Counted from the first letter of the stretch, positions 9,267 through 17,507 are shown. The stretch: DNA of 44,909 bases from Candidatus Binataceae bacterium (GCA_035279875.1 DATEGX010000409.1:1-44909), one strand, 5' to 3'. The notes: generated by a model not told the origin, from the sequence alone. Made by a program: numbers and translations.

Positions 9267-10241
9267 TCAGGGCTGGTGACCCTGCGCCGCATCGACGGCC
9301 GCAATAGTGATTTTGGCGTCATGCACGAGCTGTCCAGCCAGTTCCGAGGCGAGTTCACGATTTGCCAGCCCGCGCCTATCGATAAGCTGGATAGTCGGCG
9401 TATTTATCTGCCGCGCGAGCAAGCCCAGGGCGCGCCGTTCGCGATTTCTTCGCTTGAGGTCTTTTCGGGCTATTTCCGCCAAAATCCCTGGATTTTTCAG
9501 GGCCTTGCCGCGCGCAGCACGGGTCAGCATTCTGGTAATATCGCTCGATTCGAAACCCCCAGCGGTCGAACGATTGAAGATGACCGCGGCCAATCCAAGC
9601 CCGAGGGCTTCGAGCGCGTGATGGATCTCGAGTGTTTCGGAAATTGCGAAGGCTTCGGCGGTCGTAACCGCGATTAGCGCGCATTTCGAGCGATCGCGGA
9701 AAAAAGCCGCTACCTGGCTCGCCTCACTGCCAACGATACTGTTGCCGAAGGTCTCATTCGCGACAAACGGCATTCTAATCATGCTAAGGGCCTGGCCGCT
9801 GGCGGGCGCGTCGACCACGATCAGGTCCCATGGCGGCAGGCTCTTCGAGCGACGCTCCACTTCATGGTAGATCTTGCCCATCATCGTCAGTTCGCGGATA
9901 CCGGGCGCCGCGCTGACGAAATACTGATATAGCGAGCTGGCCCGGACCACTCGCAGAATCGCTCCAGGAACGGCCATGCCGAGGTAATCCTCAAGCGATT
10001 CCTGACCGCCCAGAAACAGCGCCCATAAATTGTGCGCCAAGGCGACCGGCTCGAGCCCCGGCTTCAGACCGTAGCCGGCCGCAATCGGCTGTTCGGGATC
10101 GGTTTCGATTATCAGCGCGCGCATCCCGCTGCCAGCGGCGACAAGTGCAATCGCGGCGCTAACGCTGGTGCGCCCGACTCCGCCCTTGCCGAGCGTGACG
10201 ATTACGCGACGCTGGAGCAGGTTGCTGATTACGCCGGCCAA
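9267..10241 (-). CDS. ArsA/Get3-family P-loop NTPase homologue with non-canonical Walker A
   Basis: 324 aa. The P-loop LGKGGVGRTS is followed by ETDPEQP (compare ArsA TDPAxxL) and VVDAPASGQAL (compare DTAPTGHTL). The TTG start lies 3 nt after the upstream stop. Confidence 0.7.
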   Translation of the reverse strand: MAGVISNLLQRRVIVTLGKGGVGRTSVSAAIALVAAGSGMRALIIETDPEQPIAAGYGLKPGLEPVALAHNLWALFLGGQESLEDYLGMAVPGAILRVVRASSLYQYFVSAAPGIRELTMMGKIYHEVERRSKSLPPWDLIVVDAPASGQALSMIRMPFVANETFGNSIVGSEASQVAAFFRDRSKCALIAVTTAEAFAISETLEIHHALEALGLGLAAVIFNRSTAGGFESSDITRMLTRAARGKALKNPGILAEIARKDLKRRNRERRALGLLARQINTPTIQLIDRRGLANRELASELAGQLVHDAKITIAAVDAAQGHQP

Positions 10242-10244
10242 GCC

Positions 10245-11096
10245 TCAGAGAAACCGCCGGTTCTGGCGCTCGTCGGGGACGTCGAGCCCGAGTCCGCCGA
10301 TCTTGCTATCGACATAGCTTTTGTAAGCCTGCCGGATCTCCGCGTTGCCGACACTCTTGAGACCCCAATTGATGAATTTCGGGGTATTAGGTGAATCCGA
10401 GCGTCCGAACATGTCCAATGCCGCCGAGTACCATTTTGGCAGCAGCGCTTGCGTGATCGCGCGTCCTTTCACGCTTTCGCAAGCTTCATGAAGAAAATGG
10501 TAGCCCATCTCGGAATGGCCGAATTCGTCGCGCTCGATCGTACGTGAAATTTTGCGCAGCGGAGTGTAGCTGGATTCGCGCCAGTCGCGCGCATGGAATG
10601 CGCCGTTCAAATCGATCAAAAAGTGGAAAAAGGCGTCGTCCACCCAGGTCTCGCGCGGCAAATGAAAGGCGTAGTGCGCATAGGGCACGTCGCGCAAAGC
10701 GAAGTCCGGGTCGAGTCCGACCGACAGACGATGAAACATGATGGCGTGCTTGAGCTCTTCGGCGAGGTACTCGGATTTGAGCAGACGCGCCTCGGAATTC
10801 GGGGCGAAGGTCTCGGCAACTTCGAGACAGGTGCCCATCAAGCCCAGGAAGCTCTTGTTGCCGGCCCGTTCGCCCTCATGCCGCAGCATTTTCATCAACA
10901 ATGCGCGGTATTCCTCGGGTAATTCGTCGCCTTCGTCGAAGACATAGTCCGGCCGGCTGACCTTGCAGCTCAAATCGGGCAATGGGTCGCCCTGGGCATA
11001 GACGCGCGGCCAGAACGGCCACAGTCCGCCGCCGCGTTCCCGGCGCGGCTCGCTGGAAGCCTCGATTTCGTCGAATTCGCGTTCATTGAAGGCCAC
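10245..11096 (-). CDS. Ferritin-like diiron protein, PaaA/PaaC/BoxB-like (putative acyl/aryl-thioester oxygenase)
   Basis: There are two ExxH motifs (AEELKHA and RDEFGHSE) in a helical protein, with PaaA-like context (SSYTPLRKISRTIERDEFGH). I moved the start to the GTG at 11096, which has an AAGGAGAG RBS 6 nt upstream. The 319-aa track ORF (to 11204) would overlap the upstream gene by 79 nt. Confidence 0.55.
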   Translation of the reverse strand: MAFNEREFDEIEASSEPRRERGGGLWPFWPRVYAQGDPLPDLSCKVSRPDYVFDEGDELPEEYRALLMKMLRHEGERAGNKSFLGLMGTCLEVAETFAPNSEARLLKSEYLAEELKHAIMFHRLSVGLDPDFALRDVPYAHYAFHLPRETWVDDAFFHFLIDLNGAFHARDWRESSYTPLRKISRTIERDEFGHSEMGYHFLHEACESVKGRAITQALLPKWYSAALDMFGRSDSPNTPKFINWGLKSVGNAEIRQAYKSYVDSKIGGLGLDVPDERQNRRFL

Positions 11097-11125
11097 AGGT
11101 TGCTCTCCTTGCGGCGACTTTCCGG

Positions 11126-11416
11126 TCACTGCCCCAGCCGCGCACGGGCCGCCTCGGCGCGTGGGCCATCGATCGCCCGGGCGCGCTCCGCTTGATACCC
11201 GCATCTACATCCGAGCATGCCAGTCGCATAGAGGTCGAATTGTTCGCGCGTCATGGCTTCGGCCATGCCCGGCAAAAGTTTGTCACCGACAGTTCCGAGC
11301 AGACGCCCGCAGCGCCCGCATCGGATACGATAGTACGTGCCATAAGTCGCGGCGCCATCGATTTCGATACCAAACAATGCGTAGGCATCGCGTATTTCCT
11401 CGAGAATCGAGGTCAT
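11126..11416 (-). CDS. Zinc-ribbon miniprotein (hypothetical)
   Basis: 96 aa with CGRCG...CRCG, i.e. a CxxC plus CxC pair. Its ATG overlaps the stop of the upstream ligase (ATGA), which argues for real, coupled translation. Confidence 0.55.
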   Translation of the reverse strand: MTSILEEIRDAYALFGIEIDGAATYGTYYRIRCGRCGRLLGTVGDKLLPGMAEAMTREQFDLYATGMLGCRCGYQAERARAIDGPRAEAARARLGQ

Positions 11417-13065
11417 CGTTCGCCCGCCTCACCCTCGAGTTTGCGCCGGATCGCCTCGCGCAGGTCCTTCTTGGAGACCTTGCCGACGGCGGTAGTCGGA
11501 AAAGCGTCCACCACTTCGAGCCGCTCCGGCAACTTGAAGCGCGCGATCCTCTTTTGCTCCAGGAAGCCCACCAGCGTCTTCAGGTCCAGCGTAGCCTTTG
11601 AGCGCAGGATCGTATAGGCGCACGCCCGCTCGCCCATCACGGGGTCCGGCATCGACACTACCGCGGCATTCTGCACCGCGGGATGAGTCATGATGAGGTT
11701 TTCGATCTCTTCGGCGCTAATCTTTTCGCCGCCCCGATTGATCAGGTCTTTGCTGCGTCCCTCGACCACGAAGTTGCCGCTCGGATGCATCCTAACCATG
11801 TCGCCGGTGCGATAATACCCATCAGCAGTAAACGCCGTTCTATTATGATCGACGGCGTTGTAGTAGCCGCGAATCGTGTAAGGGCCGCGCGTAATCAGTT
11901 CGCCCAACTCGCCGGGCGCCACCTCGCGCAAGTCCTCGTCGACGATCCTGAATTCATCGGCCTCGGAAACCGGCCGGCCCTGGGTCTCGACGACCACCTC
12001 TTCAGGGTCGCCGGCTTGAGTCGAGCAGCACAACCCCTCGGCCATCCCGAATACCTGCGTTAACACCGGGCCGATTTCATCGAGCACCCGGCGCGCCGGA
12101 CCGGGATTGAGCCGCGAACCTCCGACCGCCAGCGATCTCAGCGACGATAGGTCGGTGTGCTTGATCCGTGCGTCGTTGAGCCAGTTGACGACCATCGCAG
12201 GCACCGCGCAGACCCACGTGACCCGTTCCCGTTCGATCGAATCGAGCACCGTTTGAGGCTCCGGTCCCTGCGCCAGCACCACCTTCGCGCCGGTAAGCAA
12301 TCCTGGCTGAATTGCGCCGGCCAGCGGAAAGTTATGCATCATCGGAATCGCGACCAAGGCGACGCCGTCGCGGTCGAAGCCCGATTTCGACGCGAGCAGG
12401 TATGAATTGTAGAGATAGTCATCATGGGTGCGCGGGATCACTTTGGGCAAGCCGGTGCTGCCGCCCGAAAGCTGGAAGACCGCCGGGCTGTCGGGCGCGG
12501 GGCTCAGCCGCGCCAGCGACGAAGGCGCCAGGCGCTGCTCGATTGGGTCTGCGAGCAGGTCGTCCAGCGAAGTGACGCCGTCGGCGGCGCCACCCAAAGC
12601 GATAATCTCGCGCATTGCGGGCAGGCCGTCGCGCAGTTCCCGGGCCATCGCAACGTAATCGAAACGGCGGTACTCCGACGGGATCAACCATGCGTAAGCG
12701 CCGGTGAAGCGTGCCAGGTGCTCGATCTCGCTATGGCGATGAGCGGGGAGGGCGGCTATCGGGATTGCCCCGGTCTTGAGGCAGGCGAAGTAGGCGACGG
12801 TGCATTCGAGCGAGTTAGGCAATTGGAAGACGATCCGGCGGCCGCCGCCCATGCCGCGGTCGGCGAAGTGCAGCGCCAGCCGCTCGACTATCGCGGCAAG
12901 CTGCGCGTAGGTCAGTCGCCGCTCACCATCGATTATCGCCTCGCGTTCGGCGTAACGGCGGACGGCGTCGTCGAAGACCTGGCCGATCGTGACGCCCTGC
13001 CAGTAGCCGCGGGCCCGATATCGCGCGGCAAATTCCGCCGGCCATGGCACCATCCCGTCGAACAT
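11413..13065 (-). CDS. Aryl-acid adenylating enzyme, EntE/DhbE (2,3-dihydroxybenzoate-AMP ligase) family
   Basis: It aligns near full length, from memory, with EntE/DhbE: PAEFAARYRARGYWQ, FQLSGGSTGLPKVIPRTHDDY, QVFGMAEGL, TRGPYTIRGYY, YRTGD, GRSKDLINRGGEKISAEEIE, KLPERLEVVDAFPTTAVGKVSKK. I chose the ATG at 13065. The track start, TTG at 13071, is also possible. Confidence 0.85.
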   Translation of the reverse strand: MFDGMVPWPAEFAARYRARGYWQGVTIGQVFDDAVRRYAEREAIIDGERRLTYAQLAAIVERLALHFADRGMGGGRRIVFQLPNSLECTVAYFACLKTGAIPIAALPAHRHSEIEHLARFTGAYAWLIPSEYRRFDYVAMARELRDGLPAMREIIALGGAADGVTSLDDLLADPIEQRLAPSSLARLSPAPDSPAVFQLSGGSTGLPKVIPRTHDDYLYNSYLLASKSGFDRDGVALVAIPMMHNFPLAGAIQPGLLTGAKVVLAQGPEPQTVLDSIERERVTWVCAVPAMVVNWLNDARIKHTDLSSLRSLAVGGSRLNPGPARRVLDEIGPVLTQVFGMAEGLCCSTQAGDPEEVVVETQGRPVSEADEFRIVDEDLREVAPGELGELITRGPYTIRGYYNAVDHNRTAFTADGYYRTGDMVRMHPSGNFVVEGRSKDLINRGGEKISAEEIENLIMTHPAVQNAAVVSMPDPVMGERACAYTILRSKATLDLKTLVGFLEQKRIARFKLPERLEVVDAFPTTAVGKVSKKDLREAIRRKLEGEAGER

Positions 13066-13071
13066 CGCCAA

Positions 13072-14196
13072 TCAGTGCAACTCCTTCAGGCGGGGGTAGA
13101 CTTCCTTCGCCAGCAGGTCGATGCCGCGGACGGTTTCCTTATTGTCGAGGAAACCGGCCTGACCCATCACCAGCAGATGACCGAAGCCGCCGTTGTAGTC
13201 ATACATGGTCTTGATCTGCTTGAAGACCGTGTCGGGATTCCCGGCGAAGACCACGCCCTGCGAGATCAAGCCTTCGAGGTTGGGTTTGTCGTACTTGTAA
13301 AGCGAGCCGCCGTTGCGCATCGCCTTGGCCGCGACTTCGGGCGGCACGTAGCCCGGCGGATTGATGAACTGTGGCGAGACGTGGTTCGACTCGATATACC
13401 ACATCAGCTTGCGTGCGCCGGCGAAGCCTTCCTCATCGGTTTCCCCGGTGTAGACCAGCGCCGCGTAGGCGAAGCGGTCGTTGGGCGCCTCCCATCCGTT
13501 TTCGTGCGCCCGTTCGCGATAGGCGTTGAAAATCGCCTTCGAGCCGTCGAAGCCGGTCAGAAAGGTTCCGACCACGTAGCGCCGGTCGGCGATCGGCGCG
13601 ATACTGCCCGGGCTCAGGGAGGTAATCCAGACCGGCGGATGCGGCTCCTGGTAGGGACGCGGCCAGATATTGACCTGGCGATGATGGAAGTAACGGCCCT
13701 CCCAACTGAACGGGCCGTCATGCGAGGTCCAGGCCTTCATGATCAGGTCATGGGCTTCCCAGAACCGCTCGGACATCCGCACCGGGCTCGAATTCATCGC
13801 CGAAATCTCGTACGGCACGCCGCGCACGAAGCCGCATTCGAGCCGCCCGCGCGAGAGGTTGTCGACCATCGCCATTTCCTCGGCGACCCGCACCGGCTGG
13901 CGGCGATTTGCGATGGGGTTGCCCAGGATCAGCAGCCGCGCCTTGCTGGTTTCGCGCGCCAGGATCGCGAGCATCAGCGGCGCCGCCGGGTCGAGGCAGG
14001 TGGCGGTCTGATGATGCTCGTTGAGCATAATGTCGAGGCCCGCCTCCTCGGCATGGAGCCATTCGTCGAGGTAGCGATGATAAAGCTCGGCGCCGACCCG
14101 CGGATTGAAGATCCGGTTCGGCAACACCACCCGAATCGACTCGTACTCGTCGGGCAAATAAGGATAAGCGGTTTCGGTAAAGAACCACGTCTTCAT
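13072..14196 (-). CDS. LLM-class (luciferase-like) flavin/F420-dependent oxidoreductase
   Basis: 374 aa. The N-terminus MKTWFFTETAYPYLPDEY is typical of this LLM subgroup. It has TIM-barrel-like length and motifs (LNEHH, GNP..NRRQPVRVAEE). Confidence 0.8.
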   Translation of the reverse strand: MKTWFFTETAYPYLPDEYESIRVVLPNRIFNPRVGAELYHRYLDEWLHAEEAGLDIMLNEHHQTATCLDPAAPLMLAILARETSKARLLILGNPIANRRQPVRVAEEMAMVDNLSRGRLECGFVRGVPYEISAMNSSPVRMSERFWEAHDLIMKAWTSHDGPFSWEGRYFHHRQVNIWPRPYQEPHPPVWITSLSPGSIAPIADRRYVVGTFLTGFDGSKAIFNAYRERAHENGWEAPNDRFAYAALVYTGETDEEGFAGARKLMWYIESNHVSPQFINPPGYVPPEVAAKAMRNGGSLYKYDKPNLEGLISQGVVFAGNPDTVFKQIKTMYDYNGGFGHLLVMGQAGFLDNKETVRGIDLLAKEVYPRLKELH

Positions 14197-14221
14197 AGTT
14201 GCACCCGCCGCCGCCCGGTCT

Positions 14222-15010
14222 TCATGTGGACGCGAACGCGATAACCCGGCGCGCGAATTCCTCCGGCTGCTCGATCTGCGGCACGTGTCCGGCCTCGGCG
14301 ATCGTTTCCAGCCGCGAACCGGGAATCAACGCCGCGTATGCCTCGGCATAGGCCGGGCTGATCAATCCGTCGCTTTGGCCACGTATCAGCAGAGCCGGAA
14401 TCCGGATACGGCCGAGCCGATAGCGCAGCTTGGGATTGTGCATGTACGGCTCCCAGCTATAGAGCGCGAGCGACTCGCGGTTGCGCGCGATTATGCGCAG
14501 TTCGTCGTCGCTCATCGAGGAAAAGTCGAGCACAGCTTGCGCCGGATCGTGGAAAGTCAGTTTCGCGACGGTATCCGGCGAAAGCGCGAAAATGTCCGGG
14601 AGGTCGCGGGTCTCACGATCGCTGACCTTGATCCCCACCGGCCCCACCAGCACCAGCCGTTTCAGGCGATGGCTGCAGCGCACCGCGAGTTCCGCGGCGA
14701 TCCATCCGCCGAGCGAAAAGCCCACCAGCGTTACCTCGCGAAGGTCGAGCGTGTCGAGCAAATCGAGGTAGAGATAGGCGAGATCGTCAACGCTGTCGAA
14801 GCGATCCGGCAGCGGCGAACGGCCGAATCCGGGATGCGACGGGGCGATAACCTCGAAACGCGCGGCCATCAGTTCGAGGAATTTCGCGCGATGGTCGAGG
14901 CCGCTACCGCCATGCAGTAGAAGCATCGGCGGGCCAACGCCCCGATGAAAAACCTCGAGCTCGAGGTCTCCTATCGTGAGCTTGCCGTCAGCGATCAGTC
15001 TGGTGGTCAT
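14222..15010 (-). CDS. Alpha/beta-fold hydrolase (BphD/MhpC-like length and layout)
   Basis: 262 aa. It has the oxyanion LLLHGGSG, the nucleophile elbow GFSLGG, and a C-terminal AGHVPQIE (catalytic His). Confidence 0.8.
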   Translation of the reverse strand: MTTRLIADGKLTIGDLELEVFHRGVGPPMLLLHGGSGLDHRAKFLELMAARFEVIAPSHPGFGRSPLPDRFDSVDDLAYLYLDLLDTLDLREVTLVGFSLGGWIAAELAVRCSHRLKRLVLVGPVGIKVSDRETRDLPDIFALSPDTVAKLTFHDPAQAVLDFSSMSDDELRIIARNRESLALYSWEPYMHNPKLRYRLGRIRIPALLIRGQSDGLISPAYAEAYAALIPGSRLETIAEAGHVPQIEQPEEFARRVIAFAST

Positions 15011-15083
15011 TGAAACGCGGTCGATCCCGCCGCGGACCCAACCATCGCCCGATTCAGCCCAGTATGTAAAGCCGGGCCGTGGC

Positions 15084-16061
15084 TTACCAGCGCAGCAGGT
15101 TGGCGCCCCAGGTCAGCCCGCCGCCGCAGGCGTTGAGCATGATCAAATCGTTGTCGTGAATCCGGTTGGCTTCGAGCGCTTCGTCGAGCGCGATCGGGAC
15201 CGAGGCGGCCGAGGTGTTGCCGTAGCGGTCGACGTTGGTGAAGACCTTCTCCGGCGGCAGGCCGAGGCGCTGGGCCACCGCGTTGATAATGCGCAGGTTG
15301 GCCTGATGCGGAACGATCAAGGCGATTTCGTCGAGCGCCACGCCGGCCCGCTCGGCGACCTGGGCGGAGACGTCCGCCATGCTCTTGACCGCTATCTTGA
15401 AGAGTTCCGGACCCTTCATTTTGATCGCGTCGTCATTTTCCCGGCGCGCCTCGGCGTCCATCGTGGTAAGCACGCCGCGATTGCGCACCGAAAGCAGCTG
15501 CCAATATTCGCCCGACGAACGCAGCAGGCTGGCGAGCACTCCACGCGAGTTGTTCTCCCTGACCAGCACCGCGGCACCCGCGCCGTCGCCAAACAGCACC
15601 GCGGTGCCGCGATCGTTCCAATCGACCATGGTCGAGAGCGCGTCGGCCCCAATCACCAGGACGCGCCGCCAGTCTCCGGCCCGCAGCGAGGAGTCCGCCA
15701 CGCTGAGCGCGTAAATGAATCCCGAGCAGGCTGCGGCAACGTCGAAGGCCGGGATAGTGTCGAGCCCCAGTCGATGCTGCAACTGGCAGCCGAAAGACGG
15801 GAAGCCATAGTCCGACGAGACCGTGCCAACGACGATCGCCTCGATATCGCCGGGCTTCATCCCGGCGCGGGCAAGTGCGGTGCGGCTGGCCTCGGCAGCG
15901 AGGTCGACCAGCGATTCCCCGCTGCTCATCACGTAGCGCTGAACTATCCCGGTGCGGCTGCGCACCCATTCGTCGGAGGTGTCCATGCGCCGCGACAGAT
16001 CTTGATTGCTGATGCAGGCACGGGGCGTAGCACGTCCCGTGGCGACGATTCTCGAACCCAT
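15084..16061 (-). CDS. fabH: 3-oxoacyl-ACP synthase III (KAS III)
   Basis: Motifs include DTSDEWVRSRTGI, AAACSGFIYAL (Cys), VPHQANLRII (His) and GNTSAASVPIAL (Asn). I trimmed the start to the ATG at 16061 (MGSRIVATG), 13 nt after the fabF stop. The track ORF's Arg/Pro-rich 37-aa extension overlaps fabF. Confidence 0.9.
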   Translation of the reverse strand: MGSRIVATGRATPRACISNQDLSRRMDTSDEWVRSRTGIVQRYVMSSGESLVDLAAEASRTALARAGMKPGDIEAIVVGTVSSDYGFPSFGCQLQHRLGLDTIPAFDVAAACSGFIYALSVADSSLRAGDWRRVLVIGADALSTMVDWNDRGTAVLFGDGAGAAVLVRENNSRGVLASLLRSSGEYWQLLSVRNRGVLTTMDAEARRENDDAIKMKGPELFKIAVKSMADVSAQVAERAGVALDEIALIVPHQANLRIINAVAQRLGLPPEKVFTNVDRYGNTSAASVPIALDEALEANRIHDNDLIMLNACGGGLTWGANLLRW

Positions 16062-16074
16062 CGATCGCGTCCGT

Positions 16075-17331
16075 TCAGTTATCGGCCGCCTGGCGGAAGG
16101 CCAGGGTCGTATTGGTGCCCCCGAACCCGAACGAGTTGTTGAGCGCCAGCCTGATCCTGGCCGGCCGGGCACGATTGGGCACGTAGTCCAGGTCGCACTC
16201 CGGATCGGAATGGTCCTGGTTGATGGTCGGCGGCAGCATGCCGCGGTTGATCGCCATGATGACGAAGACCGACTCGATCGCGCCAGCTGCCCCCAGCGTA
16301 TGACCGGTCATCGATTTGGTCGAGCTAACCGGGATTTTCGCCGCATGTTCGCCGAAGACCTGCTTGATCGCCTGGGTCTCCGCCACGTCGCCTTGCGGGG
16401 TCGAGGTTCCATGAGCGTTGATGTAGTCCACCATCCCGGGGTCGATATCGCCGTCTTCGAGGCATAAGCGCATGCATCGGGCGGCGCCCTGACCTTCGGG
16501 CGCGGGCGAAGTAATGTGGTAGGCGTCGGAATTCGAGGCGTAACCAACGATTTCGCTCAAGATCTCGGCGCCGCGCGCCATCGCGGCCTCTCGCTCTTCA
16601 AGGATCAAGGCTCCGGCGCCTTCCGCCATCACGAACCCGTCACGGTCGCGATCGAAGGGGCGGCTGGCCGCGGCCGGGTCGTCGTTGCGCTCGGAAAGCG
16701 CGCGCATCACGATGAAGCCGCCGATGCCCAGGGAGGTCAGGGCTGCTTCGGTGCCGCCGGTAATCGCGGCGTCGAGGTAGCCGTGGCGAATCATGCGGTA
16801 GGCCTCGCCGATCGCGTGACTGCCGGAGGCGCAGGCGCTGGTGGTGGTGATATTTTCGCCGCGCGCGCCGAAGCGAATCGAAATTTGTCCGGGCGCCAGA
16901 TTGCCAATCAACTTGGGGATAAAAAACGGGGTGATCCGCTTCAGGCGGGTCTGGAGGAAGATCAGATGATTTTCCTCGATGGTGCAGAGTCCGCCGATCC
17001 CGTTGCCGATCAGCACCCCGACGCGGTCTGCGTTGCTATCGTCGATCTTCAACCGCGAATGACGCATCGCCTGCTCGGCCGAGGCGACCGCGTACTGGAT
17101 GAAGAGGTCCATCTTGCGGACGTCTTTTTTCTCGATCCAGTCCAGCGGGTCGAAGTCGTGTACCTCGCCCGCGATGCGGGTGGCAAAGTCGGTCACGTCG
17201 AACCGCGTGATGGGCCCGACTCCCGAGCGCCCCGCCATCAGCGCTTCCCAGTTCTTTTCGATCCCCGTCCCGAGCGGCGTAACCAAACCCATTCCGGTCA
17301 CCACCACCCGCCGGTCAACGTTGCGTCTCAT
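16075..17331 (-). CDS. fabF: 3-oxoacyl-ACP synthase II (KAS II)
   Basis: Motifs include RRVVVTGMGLVTPLG, TTSACASGSHAIG (Cys), NAHGTSTP (His), SSTKSMTGHTLGAAG (His) and NSFGFGGTN. The start is either the ATG at 17331 (MRRNVD..) or the ATG at 17352. Confidence 0.9.
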   Translation of the reverse strand: MRRNVDRRVVVTGMGLVTPLGTGIEKNWEALMAGRSGVGPITRFDVTDFATRIAGEVHDFDPLDWIEKKDVRKMDLFIQYAVASAEQAMRHSRLKIDDSNADRVGVLIGNGIGGLCTIEENHLIFLQTRLKRITPFFIPKLIGNLAPGQISIRFGARGENITTTSACASGSHAIGEAYRMIRHGYLDAAITGGTEAALTSLGIGGFIVMRALSERNDDPAAASRPFDRDRDGFVMAEGAGALILEEREAAMARGAEILSEIVGYASNSDAYHITSPAPEGQGAARCMRLCLEDGDIDPGMVDYINAHGTSTPQGDVAETQAIKQVFGEHAAKIPVSSTKSMTGHTLGAAGAIESVFVIMAINRGMLPPTINQDHSDPECDLDYVPNRARPARIRLALNNSFGFGGTNTTLAFRQAADN

Positions 17332-17507
17332 CGGGAACCCGCAGCCCTCCATCCTTCGACGTGGTAAACTCTATTATCAGAAGCAAGCGGCGAAAACATC
17401 GCCCCGGTTGGGGGCTGTGTTCCGACTCTGTTACCTCTGCCGGGATTCCGGGCCAATATAAGCCGCCAACCTTGATTGGCTCGCCCGATAAGTGAAACAA
17501 TTTCTCT

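Noticed and set aside
12424-14244. 606-aa plus-strand ORF spanning the ligase and LLM genes
   Set aside because: It is codon-for-codon antisense to two well-supported minus-strand genes: the offsets from 11413 and 13072 are multiples of 3. The translation is Arg/Gly/Pro/Asp-rich with no motifs. This is a classic high-GC shadow ORF, because stops require the rare sense codons TTA/CTA/TCA.
16062-16172. N-terminal extensions in the ORF track. They are fabH to 16172, RHD-beta to 33913, DUF2939-like from 23578, portal to 40122, amidohydrolase to 37026 and diiron protein to 11204.
   Set aside because: Each extension is Arg/Pro-rich, overlaps the preceding gene, and precedes an internal start with a better RBS and a family-typical N-terminus. 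The starts were trimmed accordingly.
17353-17507. Strand-switch point between the minus-strand and plus-strand blocks as a replication origin
   Set aside because: There are no DnaA-box-like TTATCCACA clusters, no AT-rich unwinding element, and no dnaA/dnaN nearby. It is most simply a divergent promoter region.
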